A DNA stretch of 64,000 nt, taken from the NCBI GenBank assembly GCA_019240475.1, contig JAFAYI010000008.1:12980-76979 (forward strand). The letters are read 5' to 3'. How positions within the stretch are numbered: the stretch's first letter is position 1; each line of letters starts with the position of its first letter. The translations under genes were made by a program, and so were the position numbers. This DNA comes from Acidobacteriaceae bacterium (GTDB lineage: Bacteria > Acidobacteriota > Terriglobia > Bryobacterales > Bryobacteraceae). The notes beneath the pieces were generated by a model. That model was not told where the DNA came from. It made no database searches and was given only the letters and a program-made list of their open reading frames with translations. Positions 34,843-41,773 of the stretch are shown one piece after another.

Positions 34843-35766
34843 CTAATGAACGTACTCGGCGGTACACTCTTCTTGGGGCGCCAGTTCGCGCGCGGTTTGA
34901 GCGAGGAGCCGAACACGATCCTCCCAATCCGCGCCCATATCCATAGGCCGGAATTCGACCCGCAGGGATCCCGGCCGGCCGCGTAGACGCGTCCAGAACC
35001 ATACGCTCGATTCAAGTTCTAAGAACGGTGGATCTGATTCGGGACACGGAATTCGTTCGAATGTGTCAATCGCCCGCCGATACTCCGTGAAGGACTCGAT
35101 CGCGTATGGCACAAATCCCACGCGCCGCAGCGTACCGGATCGATTCCATTCCCCATCCGCCTCCTCGAAAAGCCGCATGGTGGTGCAGGAACTGTCGAGC
35201 AGCCGGCCATTGAACTCGATCGGCATCTGGTAAGGCCGGACGGGCTCGTGGCCACGACGATTGTATTCGTTGAAGAGTCTTAGGGCCGCCGCGTCGGCGG
35301 CGGGCTGCACATGAATATGAATCTCGTTCAGACATGCCAGAACAGTCTCGCCCGGGAACACAAACTTCTCGCCGTCCTCGAAGAGCACCGTCGCGCGGCT
35401 GTTGGCAAAATAGCTTGATGTGGCTCGGCTGCGTGCGTTTGGAGCCAAGAGCGAGGGATCACGAAGCTGGTCCGGCCGCACCCGCGGCACAACCGGCGCG
35501 GCGCAAACCTGGTATCCAAGCTGCACCGCACACTCATGCAGGTGTGCAGCATCCTGGCGCAGTTCCGTCAACGCGAGGTTAATCCCTCGCTTTGTGAGCG
35601 GCCAGGGTCCTGGATTCAGTTCAATCTGAAAGCTCCCTAACTCCGCCGCTGGCATGTTAGGATATGCACGCAATTGCCACAGGCGGATCACTTCTGCGGT
35701 CGAATGCATTGCGGGATATCCGGCGCCGTCGAGAAGAAAGAACTCGAGTTCAACACCGAAAGTCAT
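34843..35766 (-). CDS. GCS2-family carboxylate-amine ligase (YbdK/EgtA-like)
   Basis: Start at ATG 35766, which overlaps the upstream methyltransferase stop (ATGA). The track's 450-aa extension is rejected. Motifs seen are FGVELEFFLLD, FQIELNPGP, NEIHIHVQ and WTRLRGRPGSLRVEFRPMD, spaced as in glutamate-cysteine-ligase family 2. Confidence 0.65.
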   Translation of the reverse strand: MTFGVELEFFLLDGAGYPAMHSTAEVIRLWQLRAYPNMPAAELGSFQIELNPGPWPLTKRGINLALTELRQDAAHLHECAVQLGYQVCAAPVVPRVRPDQLRDPSLLAPNARSRATSSYFANSRATVLFEDGEKFVFPGETVLACLNEIHIHVQPAADAAALRLFNEYNRRGHEPVRPYQMPIEFNGRLLDSSCTTMRLFEEADGEWNRSGTLRRVGFVPYAIESFTEYRRAIDTFERIPCPESDPPFLELESSVWFWTRLRGRPGSLRVEFRPMDMGADWEDRVRLLAQTARELAPQEECTAEYVH

Positions 35767-36398
35767 GCCACGCACCTGGCGGATTCCGGTTCGGGCGACC
35801 AAAACGAAAACGCCGTCTCTCCCGAAGCGTCGCCGTAGACTTGTGTCATTCGGTAAGCCCTGGTCAGCGTCGTAACCGCGCGAATTTGTTTGAATAAACA
35901 CTTGAGTAAAAGTGAGTGCCCGCTTCCGGCAAGAGATTGGAAACAACTCCCGATTACGGCGAGTCCGCCTTTCGGTGAACTGACGCACTTCCGCTCCCAG
36001 GCGGCGAGCTGCCTCGCCGAGGATGGCTCCATGAATGGTGGATTGCAGATAACCAGCGCAGGCTCGCAGGGCGTGAGCGCCTCTCCCGCCCGCCACCGTT
36101 TCGCCCAGCCGGGCACGCCATGCGCCGCCCGATTCGCTTCGGCTGAGGCTACCGCCTGTGGGCTGGAATCCAGAAAATACACGGATTCGAAACACGGTCG
36201 ATTAGCCAGATAGATTGCAATACCCAGCGCTCCCGAGCCGCAGCACATGTCGATGAGACGCGTTGGCCGACGAAAGACGCCCCGCGCGAGCACGTTCCGG
36301 GCAGCCTCGAGCAGGCCCAGCGAAGATTCCCGAGGTAAGAATGTCTGATTGGTCGCGACCAGATCCAGGCCGGCCCATCGGATATTCACAAATCGCAT
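35763..36398 (-). CDS. class I SAM-dependent methyltransferase with NPPF motif (HemK/N-methyltransferase-like)
   Basis: The SAM-binding motif is LIDMCCGSGALGIAIY with acidic YFLDSS, and the catalytic-type motif is VICNPPF. ATG 36398 is preferred over the track's GTG 36452, because a -35/-10 pair would lie inside the longer version. Confidence 0.7.
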   Translation of the reverse strand: MRFVNIRWAGLDLVATNQTFLPRESSLGLLEAARNVLARGVFRRPTRLIDMCCGSGALGIAIYLANRPCFESVYFLDSSPQAVASAEANRAAHGVPGWAKRWRAGEALTPCEPALVICNPPFMEPSSARQLAAWERKCVSSPKGGLAVIGSCFQSLAGSGHSLLLKCLFKQIRAVTTLTRAYRMTQVYGDASGETAFSFWSPEPESARCVA

Positions 36399-36436
36399 TA
36401 TTTCGATACAGCTCTCGCCGCGCGAACCGTGTGCCG

Positions 36437-36466
36437 AGTATAGCCACGCCACACAGAATAAGTCAA
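36437..36466 (-). promoter_or_regulatory. candidate sigma-70-type promoter for the minus-strand methyltransferase-ligase-rSAM operon
   Basis: On the minus strand, TTGACT (36466-36461) is followed by an 18-nt spacer and TATACT (36442-36437). This lies about 40 nt upstream of ATG 36398. Pattern match only. Confidence 0.25.
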
Positions 36467-36570
36467 GACAAATTCATCAGAAATCCTGATCTTACTCTCG
36501 CAATCGCTAATCTCAAAATTTTCATATCTGTAATTGAAAACTTCTAGATTGTCTTTTTTTGATACAGAAT

Positions 36571-36586
36571 TCACGAAAACTCGTGA
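36571..36586. promoter_or_regulatory. 16-bp perfect palindrome TCACGAaaacTCGTGA in the divergent control region (operator candidate)
   Basis: It is the only perfect inverted repeat I noticed in the AT-rich roughly 200-bp gap between the two divergent biosynthetic operons. Confidence 0.3.
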
Positions 36587-36658
36587 CAACAGATAACTCC
36601 TATGATAATTTCGCAGTGTCGTGCGCGACGCGACTAACTTACAGAGTTGGAGGTGTGT

Positions 36659-36958
36659 GTGGCTAAAGCACTGGAAGGAACGCCTGGAGCGAGCATCGAG
36701 TTGCTTGAAGAAGGCGCGGACATGCATGTTGAACGATCCGTCATCAAAGCGGGCGGTACGATTCCGGAACATTCTCACAAGGTCGCGTCCAGCTACGTTG
36801 TGGTCAAGGGCAGCGGAGAGCTGACTGGAAAATCCGGACGGCGTGTGTCCACCGGTGATACGGTTCTGATTCCCGCCGGGCAGCAGCACGGTTGGAAAGG
36901 CGGTGAGGGCGATGGCCTCACCATCGTTGGCGTGTTCAACGGGCCGCAAGAGCAATAA
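36659..36958 (+). CDS. cupin-domain protein
   Basis: GTG 36659 lies 5 nt after GGAGG (36649-36653); the track start is TTG 36647. AGGTIPEHSH..VVVKGSGELT..GDTVLIPAGQQHGW is a classic two-motif cupin metal site. Confidence 0.65.
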   Translation: MAKALEGTPGASIELLEEGADMHVERSVIKAGGTIPEHSHKVASSYVVVKGSGELTGKSGRRVSTGDTVLIPAGQQHGWKGGEGDGLTIVGVFNGPQEQ

Positions 36959-37025
36959 CAGACATTCTCCCGGAAACGCTGGCGTTTCCAGATGCGGGCG
37001 TTTCCGCTTTTCCGCAGGAGCCTAC

Positions 37026-38231
37026 TTGCTAACCCGCGATACGAACCTACGCCTGGCCCCGGGTCTGCAAGTTACCTCCTTAGGTCAGGAAGTCGTGCTG
37101 GAGGGCAGACGCGACGCCATTCCGTGCCCTCGCGACGTTCTATTCGCGCTTCAGAGACTACCCTGCACCCTGGGCGCACTTGTCGATAACTTGCCTTCGC
37201 CGTCGGCCTACGAATGGATGGCCGCCTCGGCCGGTCTAATGGTGCTGATTGGAGCCGGTGTTGTCCTCAGCGGCGAGGATTCCTGCCGGGCGCAGTTTCT
37301 GGATCATGGTTTCGGGTTTGTGGAACCGCATATCGCCATGATCCAGGACGTGAGGCGAACACAGCTCTTTATGGAAGCGATCCGGCGAACTGTGGCGCCC
37401 GGGGATGTCGTGGCCGATCTTGGTACGGGCAGCGGCGTCCTTGCAATTGCCGCGGCTTTGGCAGGCGCGCGTCGCGTCTATGCCTTGGAACGCAGCGGCA
37501 TCGCCGAGGTCGCCGCGCGCATGTTTGAAAAAAACGGCATCGCGGAGCGCGTCACGCTTATCCGGGATAGCTCGAGTTCTCTCTCGCTTCCCGAGCGGGC
37601 GCAAGTGCTGGTCGCCGAACTGATCGGCACAGATCCATTGTGTGAACGCATTCTTGAGTACACCGCCGATGCGGTCGAGCGTTTGCTGGTCCCCCATCCT
37701 CGCCTGATTCCGAGCGCCTTGCGGATTTTCGTGCGAGCGGTCGAACTCCCGGACACAGTCACCCAACGGCATATTGTCGAAAAGCCTCTTGCGGCACGCT
37801 GGGCCGATTTGTATGGATTCGATTTTTCCGCACTGGAGGAAGCGACCGCGGGAATTTCGGCTTACTTTACGGTCGCAACCCCAGTGGCGGCGCAATGGGC
37901 TACTTTAACGGATGCAACGAAACTCGTTGACATCGATCTCGCACGCTGTCCCGCTCTGCCGTTGCAAGTCTCCACCGCTGCGGTCGTGACGACGCCCGGG
38001 GTTATGAACGGCCTCACGGTATTTTGGGAGATCGACCTGGCTCCCGATATCCGCTTCTCGAACGATCCGCAATTATGTGATGCGAATTGCTGCTGGGGCA
38101 CGGCTGTGTGGCTCCTGGCGGAACGCCCACGGGTGCGCGAAGGGCAAACGATCCGCCTGAACTTTCGCTATGCCGCATCGCGATCTTCGGCGAACGCGAC
38201 ACTCGAGCGCTCCGAGGCATGCCGGGCATGA
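37026..38231 (+). CDS. protein-arginine-methyltransferase (PRMT)-like class I methyltransferase
   Basis: TTG 37026 lies 5 nt after GGAG; the track start GTG 36903 overlaps the cupin gene. Motif I is VVADLGTGSGVLAIAAALAGARRVYALE. VLVAELIGTDPLCERIL looks like the PRMT double-E loop. LIPSALRIFV follows, as in the PRMT beta-barrel junction. Confidence 0.65.
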   Translation: MLTRDTNLRLAPGLQVTSLGQEVVLEGRRDAIPCPRDVLFALQRLPCTLGALVDNLPSPSAYEWMAASAGLMVLIGAGVVLSGEDSCRAQFLDHGFGFVEPHIAMIQDVRRTQLFMEAIRRTVAPGDVVADLGTGSGVLAIAAALAGARRVYALERSGIAEVAARMFEKNGIAERVTLIRDSSSSLSLPERAQVLVAELIGTDPLCERILEYTADAVERLLVPHPRLIPSALRIFVRAVELPDTVTQRHIVEKPLAARWADLYGFDFSALEEATAGISAYFTVATPVAAQWATLTDATKLVDIDLARCPALPLQVSTAAVVTTPGVMNGLTVFWEIDLAPDIRFSNDPQLCDANCCWGTAVWLLAERPRVREGQTIRLNFRYAASRSSANATLERSEACRA

Positions 38232-39316
38232 AAATCCGGGTCGACCCCGCTATCCACATTCACTCCGACCTCGGCGCTCCCGGAACTTCGGGACGCCAAC
38301 TGATTCTCGAAAGCCTGCGGTCGGGTCTGCGGTTCGAGTTGTTGGGCACACCTGCATTGCAGGCTTTGAACCGTGCCGCGCATTGGATGGAGGCGGACGA
38401 CTTTCTTGAGGCGCTGACATCTAGCGGCCTGGAACGTGCCAAGGCCGTTGCTTTTCTCGATGACGCACTCGGGAATAGCCTGCTTCAGCGCTTTGCCCCA
38501 GGAGCCCACGACGAGGACGCGCGCGCAATTGCATTGAATCGCGCCAGTGCTTCTCTGGCGCAGCAGTTCCTGCTCGCCAGGTCCCATCAGCAGTATCTCG
38601 ACTATAGCCTCCCCGAGACATGCGGCATTGAAGAAGACCTAATGTCGGCTTACCGCTCACAGGAGACGCCTCCACCGATATTCAAAGACTGCGACCGGCC
38701 ACTCAAAACTGTGACCCTTCCCGCAGTTCGAGAAGCGTTGCCGGCAGTTCTGTGCGATGAGCCTGACGCTTCAGAAAATGCACCGCGCGATGTGAGATGG
38801 CTGGCGGAATTCCTGCGGGCCGCCGTCGGGGCAACAGCGACGCTGGAAGATCCTGTGCAGGGCACGCTCCTTTTGAAGACCTATCCATCCGGCGGAGCAC
38901 GCCATCCCGTGGAGTGCTATCTGGCGGTACGCTCCGTTGAACAACTGGCTCCCGGTTTTTATCACTACTCGGTCCGCCGGCATGAATTAGATCGAATATC
39001 AGATATCCAGGATTCTCTAAGTACCTGCCTGTTTCCCGGCTTCAATTCAGAGTTGGTTATTGTACTTACGGCTCTTCCCGAACGAGCAATGTGGAGATAC
39101 CGGGAAACCACCTCGATCAGCGTCGTGTTGCTCGATGTGGGCCACGCGGTCGGAAATTTTTCACTGCTCTGTGAATGCGAGGGGACGCCGTATCGCATCC
39201 ATACAGGCGCGAATCTTAATCGCGCCGCAAATTACATGTCTCTCGAACAGTTTCGCGAAGTAGTGGTTGCAGCGATCGCACTTGATCTATCAGCGCGCGC
39301 AAAGAATGGGGAATGA
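38228..39316 (+). CDS. SagB-type dehydrogenase / nitroreductase-superfamily protein 1
   Basis: The ATG overlaps the upstream stop (ATGA). LLLKTYPSGGARHPVECYLAVRSVEQLAPGFYHYSVRRHEL matches the SagB-type signature (PSaGa..P.E.Y...gl..G.Y.Y). Confidence 0.7.
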   Translation: MKIRVDPAIHIHSDLGAPGTSGRQLILESLRSGLRFELLGTPALQALNRAAHWMEADDFLEALTSSGLERAKAVAFLDDALGNSLLQRFAPGAHDEDARAIALNRASASLAQQFLLARSHQQYLDYSLPETCGIEEDLMSAYRSQETPPPIFKDCDRPLKTVTLPAVREALPAVLCDEPDASENAPRDVRWLAEFLRAAVGATATLEDPVQGTLLLKTYPSGGARHPVECYLAVRSVEQLAPGFYHYSVRRHELDRISDIQDSLSTCLFPGFNSELVIVLTALPERAMWRYRETTSISVVLLDVGHAVGNFSLLCECEGTPYRIHTGANLNRAANYMSLEQFREVVVAAIALDLSARAKNGE

Positions 39317-40344
39317 TGCGTCGATATCGCGTGAATCCTTTACTGGCGGCCGGGTGGCGCGCAACTGAATTGCAGACGCCTCTGAGATTCACGCTAGAAG
39401 ATGCGCTTTCTAACTGTGCTCGACCGCTCGACGCGGAAGACTTCTGGGTTCTGAACTTTGCCAAGAGTATTGGCGAAGCTGCGCAAACCAGATCCCAATT
39501 ACTGGCCGAAGCAGTTCGATTCGCCCTCTTGCCTGAGCAGGAAGTCGAGCGGACCCTCGCGCCGCTATGGGATGTCCTATTTGTAGCGGAGGACTCCGGA
39601 AGCCAAGTAGACCGTGCGGTCGGTGTATGGGAGCATTTCGACTGCAAGCTGGCGCTCGAGTTCTATGCGCAATCGCTCGACGAAGGGCATCAAAAGCATA
39701 GTCCGGACCGCTCGGTTTCTTCGAGCGGCTTCCCGGAGGCGGACATACCACTGCCCGCGCCCGTGAGTTTTCCCCACACATCGCTGGCAAACGTTCTGTA
39801 CAGACGGCGCACGTGCCGCAATTTTAATGGCCGCTCCGTCCCGCTTGATCTTCTGTCGTCGGTGCTGCATCGAGGGATCGCGCGCGCCTCTGCGCACTTC
39901 CCGCCATTCGCGGTCCAGTATCACCTGATTGTATTGCGCGCCGGGGGCCTCGCCTCCGGTTCTTATATCTACGATGCCGCCCGCCATGCGGTAGCAGCTC
40001 TCCGTCAGAGAGAGTCGACCGACTTGGAGCAGGATCTGGTCCAGATGCTCATCGGACAGAAGTACGTCAAAGGATGTGCCGCAGCGCTGCTGCTGTGGCT
40101 CGATACAGCTTCTCTGGTCATCGGCGATCCGGGGCCTGCAGCTTTTCGGAAGTGGCTGATCGCAACTGGCGCCTTGGCGCAGAGACTCATTGTGTTAGGC
40201 TGCGCATTGGGTTTGGAAACATTTCTCTCGGCCGCGATTCATGATGCGTACGCGCGTCATATTACGTGCAACCGCCTGAAAGACCGCTATGTTCCCATGC
40301 ATTGCGTGGCCTTCGGCTATGCCGATGCTACTAATTCCTGCTAA
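39313..40344 (+). CDS. SagB-type dehydrogenase / nitroreductase-superfamily protein 2
   Basis: The ATG overlaps the upstream stop. LANVLYRRRTCRNFNGRSVPLDLLSSVL is a nitroreductase N-motif, and GGLASGSYIYDAARHAV is a SagB-like segment. Confidence 0.6.
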   Translation: MMRRYRVNPLLAAGWRATELQTPLRFTLEDALSNCARPLDAEDFWVLNFAKSIGEAAQTRSQLLAEAVRFALLPEQEVERTLAPLWDVLFVAEDSGSQVDRAVGVWEHFDCKLALEFYAQSLDEGHQKHSPDRSVSSSGFPEADIPLPAPVSFPHTSLANVLYRRRTCRNFNGRSVPLDLLSSVLHRGIARASAHFPPFAVQYHLIVLRAGGLASGSYIYDAARHAVAALRQRESTDLEQDLVQMLIGQKYVKGCAAALLLWLDTASLVIGDPGPAAFRKWLIATGALAQRLIVLGCALGLETFLSAAIHDAYARHITCNRLKDRYVPMHCVAFGYADATNSC

Positions 40345-40397
40345 CAAACGCCCCATGTTTTACTCAATTAGTTATAACTGCCATTAGGAGATTTTCG

Positions 40398-40610
40398 ATG
40401 AATCCATATGAAATTAAATTACTGGCCAGGCATGCCGATGCTCTGGCACGTCATCCCGGTCTGGCACGCCACGCTGGTCTCGCCCGTCACCCCGGCTTAG
40501 CCCGCCATCCAGGCTTAGCTCGTCATTCGGGCCTTGCTCGCCATCCCGGTCCGGCCCGCCATCCCGGTGTCGTGGCCAGCACAGAGCAGTCAGGCAGCGG
40601 CACTGACTGA
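40398..40610 (+). CDS. 70-aa repeat peptide, candidate multi-core RiPP precursor (nine A-R-H-x-G units)
   Basis: AGGAG lies 7 nt upstream of the ATG. The sequence is MNPYEIKL-LARHADA-LARHPG-LARHAG-LARHPG-LARHPG-LARHSG-LARHPG-PARHPG-VVASTEQSGSGTD. The units differ mostly at synonymous third positions, so the peptide rather than the DNA is conserved. Confidence 0.7.
   Translation: MNPYEIKLLARHADALARHPGLARHAGLARHPGLARHPGLARHSGLARHPGPARHPGVVASTEQSGSGTD
40422..40568 (+). repeat. in-frame tandem repeat of an 18-nt (hexapeptide) unit, about 8 copies; the first unit is 21 nt
   Basis: Read directly: ctg gca cgt cat ccc ggt / ctg gca cgc cac gct ggt / ctc gcc cgt cac ccc ggc / tta gcc cgc cat cca ggc / tta gct cgt cat tcg ggc / ctt gct cgc cat ccc ggt / ccg gcc cgc cat ccc ggt. 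Confidence 0.9.
40587..40609 (+). other. stem-loop at the 3' end of the precursor ORF (7-bp stem CAGTCAG/CTGACTG, 9-nt loop)
   Basis: A perfect 7-bp inverted repeat spans the last codons and the stop codon. No U-tract follows, so it is not a canonical intrinsic terminator. It may be an RNA stability or processing element. Confidence 0.3.
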
Positions 40611-40666
40611 GCCACACGTCCGAACAGGAAACGGCGACACTCTTACTCCGAGTTCCTTCGTAAGCG

Positions 40667-41773
40667 ATGGCCTCCCCGCATGTCCGTCCCGCAGCCGAAT
40701 CGATCGAAATCGACGGTTCTCGTTTTCACCTGATCTGGCTGCGGGATAATTGCCGCTGCAACTTCTGCCAGGACTCCGGGACCATGCAGAAGCTGTTCGA
40801 CATTACGGCAACTGACCTACAACCGCGCGTCCGGAACCTCTGCATAGACCAGGATTCGGTGTGCATCACGTGGGACGAAGCGCCTCTGCATGAATCCGTG
40901 TATGGCCGCAAATGGCTCCAGGCGCATGCCTACGACAAGCTTTCGGAGATGCCCGAGGAACAGCCGCCTGTCGAACTTTGGCACGCCTCGCGCTGGACCG
41001 CGAGCCCCCCTCCGGCCTATTTGCCGGATTCATCCACTTGGCACAATTACCTTAATCGGCTAGGATTCGCGCTGCTAAGGGATCTGCCGCCCGAGTCCTT
41101 CCTGAATTTCCTTCGTAGCATCGGCCCCATCCAGCCAACCGAGTTTGGTGATGTGGCGCCGCTTCGCGCTTCCCTCAACGCCAACGATCTCGGCGAAACC
41201 GGATGCCATCTCGATCCGCACACGGACTACTCCGTGTACATGCATTTCCCGCCCGTGCTCAGCTTTCTGCATTGCATTCGCAACGATTCCGACGGGGGCG
41301 TCTCCATTCTTGTGGATGGATTTGCCGCCGCCGAACATTTTCGCCGCGAAGATCCGGCCGGTTTCGATCTCCTTGCCTGTACTCGCCTTCCGTTTCATCA
41401 GTTATATGGACGCTGGCGCTATCACCACAAGCGGCTCAGACCCATGATCGAGTTGGACGAGGACGGAAGTATCCTCGGTGTCCACGTCGGACACCCGCAC
41501 ACCAGAAACTGGCGCTTTCCGTTTGACACGATGGCCCCGCTGTATATGGCCTACTCTCGCTTTATCAGGATCCTCAACGATGCGTCCCGGCAATTTTATT
41601 ACCGCCTGCAACCGAATGAATGTCTGGTCTTCCTCAACCAGCGTGTGCTGCATGGACGGACTGCGTTCTCCCCGGATGCTGGCGAGCGTCATCTCCAGGT
41701 CGCGTACGTGAACTGGTCTTACTTCGCCGCGCGGCGACGATTTGAAGACCAGAGGAGCAGCGAACTCGTTTGA
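40667..41773 (+). CDS. Fe(II)/2-oxoglutarate dioxygenase of the gamma-butyrobetaine/trimethyllysine hydroxylase type (TauD superfamily with DUF971-like N-domain)
   Basis: The N-terminal IEIDGSRFHLIWLRDNCRCNFC carries the CxCxxC zinc motif of the GBBH N-domain. The facial triad candidates are HLDPHTDYS (HxD) and the distal RVLHGRTAF. Confidence 0.8.
   Translation: MASPHVRPAAESIEIDGSRFHLIWLRDNCRCNFCQDSGTMQKLFDITATDLQPRVRNLCIDQDSVCITWDEAPLHESVYGRKWLQAHAYDKLSEMPEEQPPVELWHASRWTASPPPAYLPDSSTWHNYLNRLGFALLRDLPPESFLNFLRSIGPIQPTEFGDVAPLRASLNANDLGETGCHLDPHTDYSVYMHFPPVLSFLHCIRNDSDGGVSILVDGFAAAEHFRREDPAGFDLLACTRLPFHQLYGRWRYHHKRLRPMIELDEDGSILGVHVGHPHTRNWRFPFDTMAPLYMAYSRFIRILNDASRQFYYRLQPNECLVFLNQRVLHGRTAFSPDAGERHLQVAYVNWSYFAARRRFEDQRSSELV

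Noticed and set aside
34843-36195. 450-aa version of the GCS2 ligase ORF
   Set aside because: The N-terminal 143 codons run through the methyltransferase gene in another frame and look like Arg/Gly-rich noise. The family motif FGVELEF starts right after Met144, whose ATG overlaps the methyltransferase stop (ATGA).
40444-40470. TGGCAC motifs resembling sigma-54 -24 elements inside the precursor gene
   Set aside because: They arise from the Leu-Ala-Arg codons (cTG GCA Cgy) of the repeat. No properly spaced -12 GC element follows, and they are intragenic.
40422-40568. The 18-nt tandem repeat considered as a CRISPR array, a microsatellite, or a his/arg-type attenuation leader peptide
   Set aside because: There are no spacers and the units are contiguous and in frame, so it is not a CRISPR array. 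The copies differ at wobble positions rather than being slippage-identical, so it is not a simple microsatellite. Attenuator leaders are much shorter with consecutive regulatory codons and do not conserve Ala/Gly/Leu around them, and here a PqqD/rSAM context exists.
40414-40617. 67-aa antisense ORF across the repeat peptide gene
   Set aside because: It has no RBS. The sense ORF has an AGGAG RBS, sits on the operon strand, and shows a synonymous-substitution pattern consistent with selection in the sense frame only.
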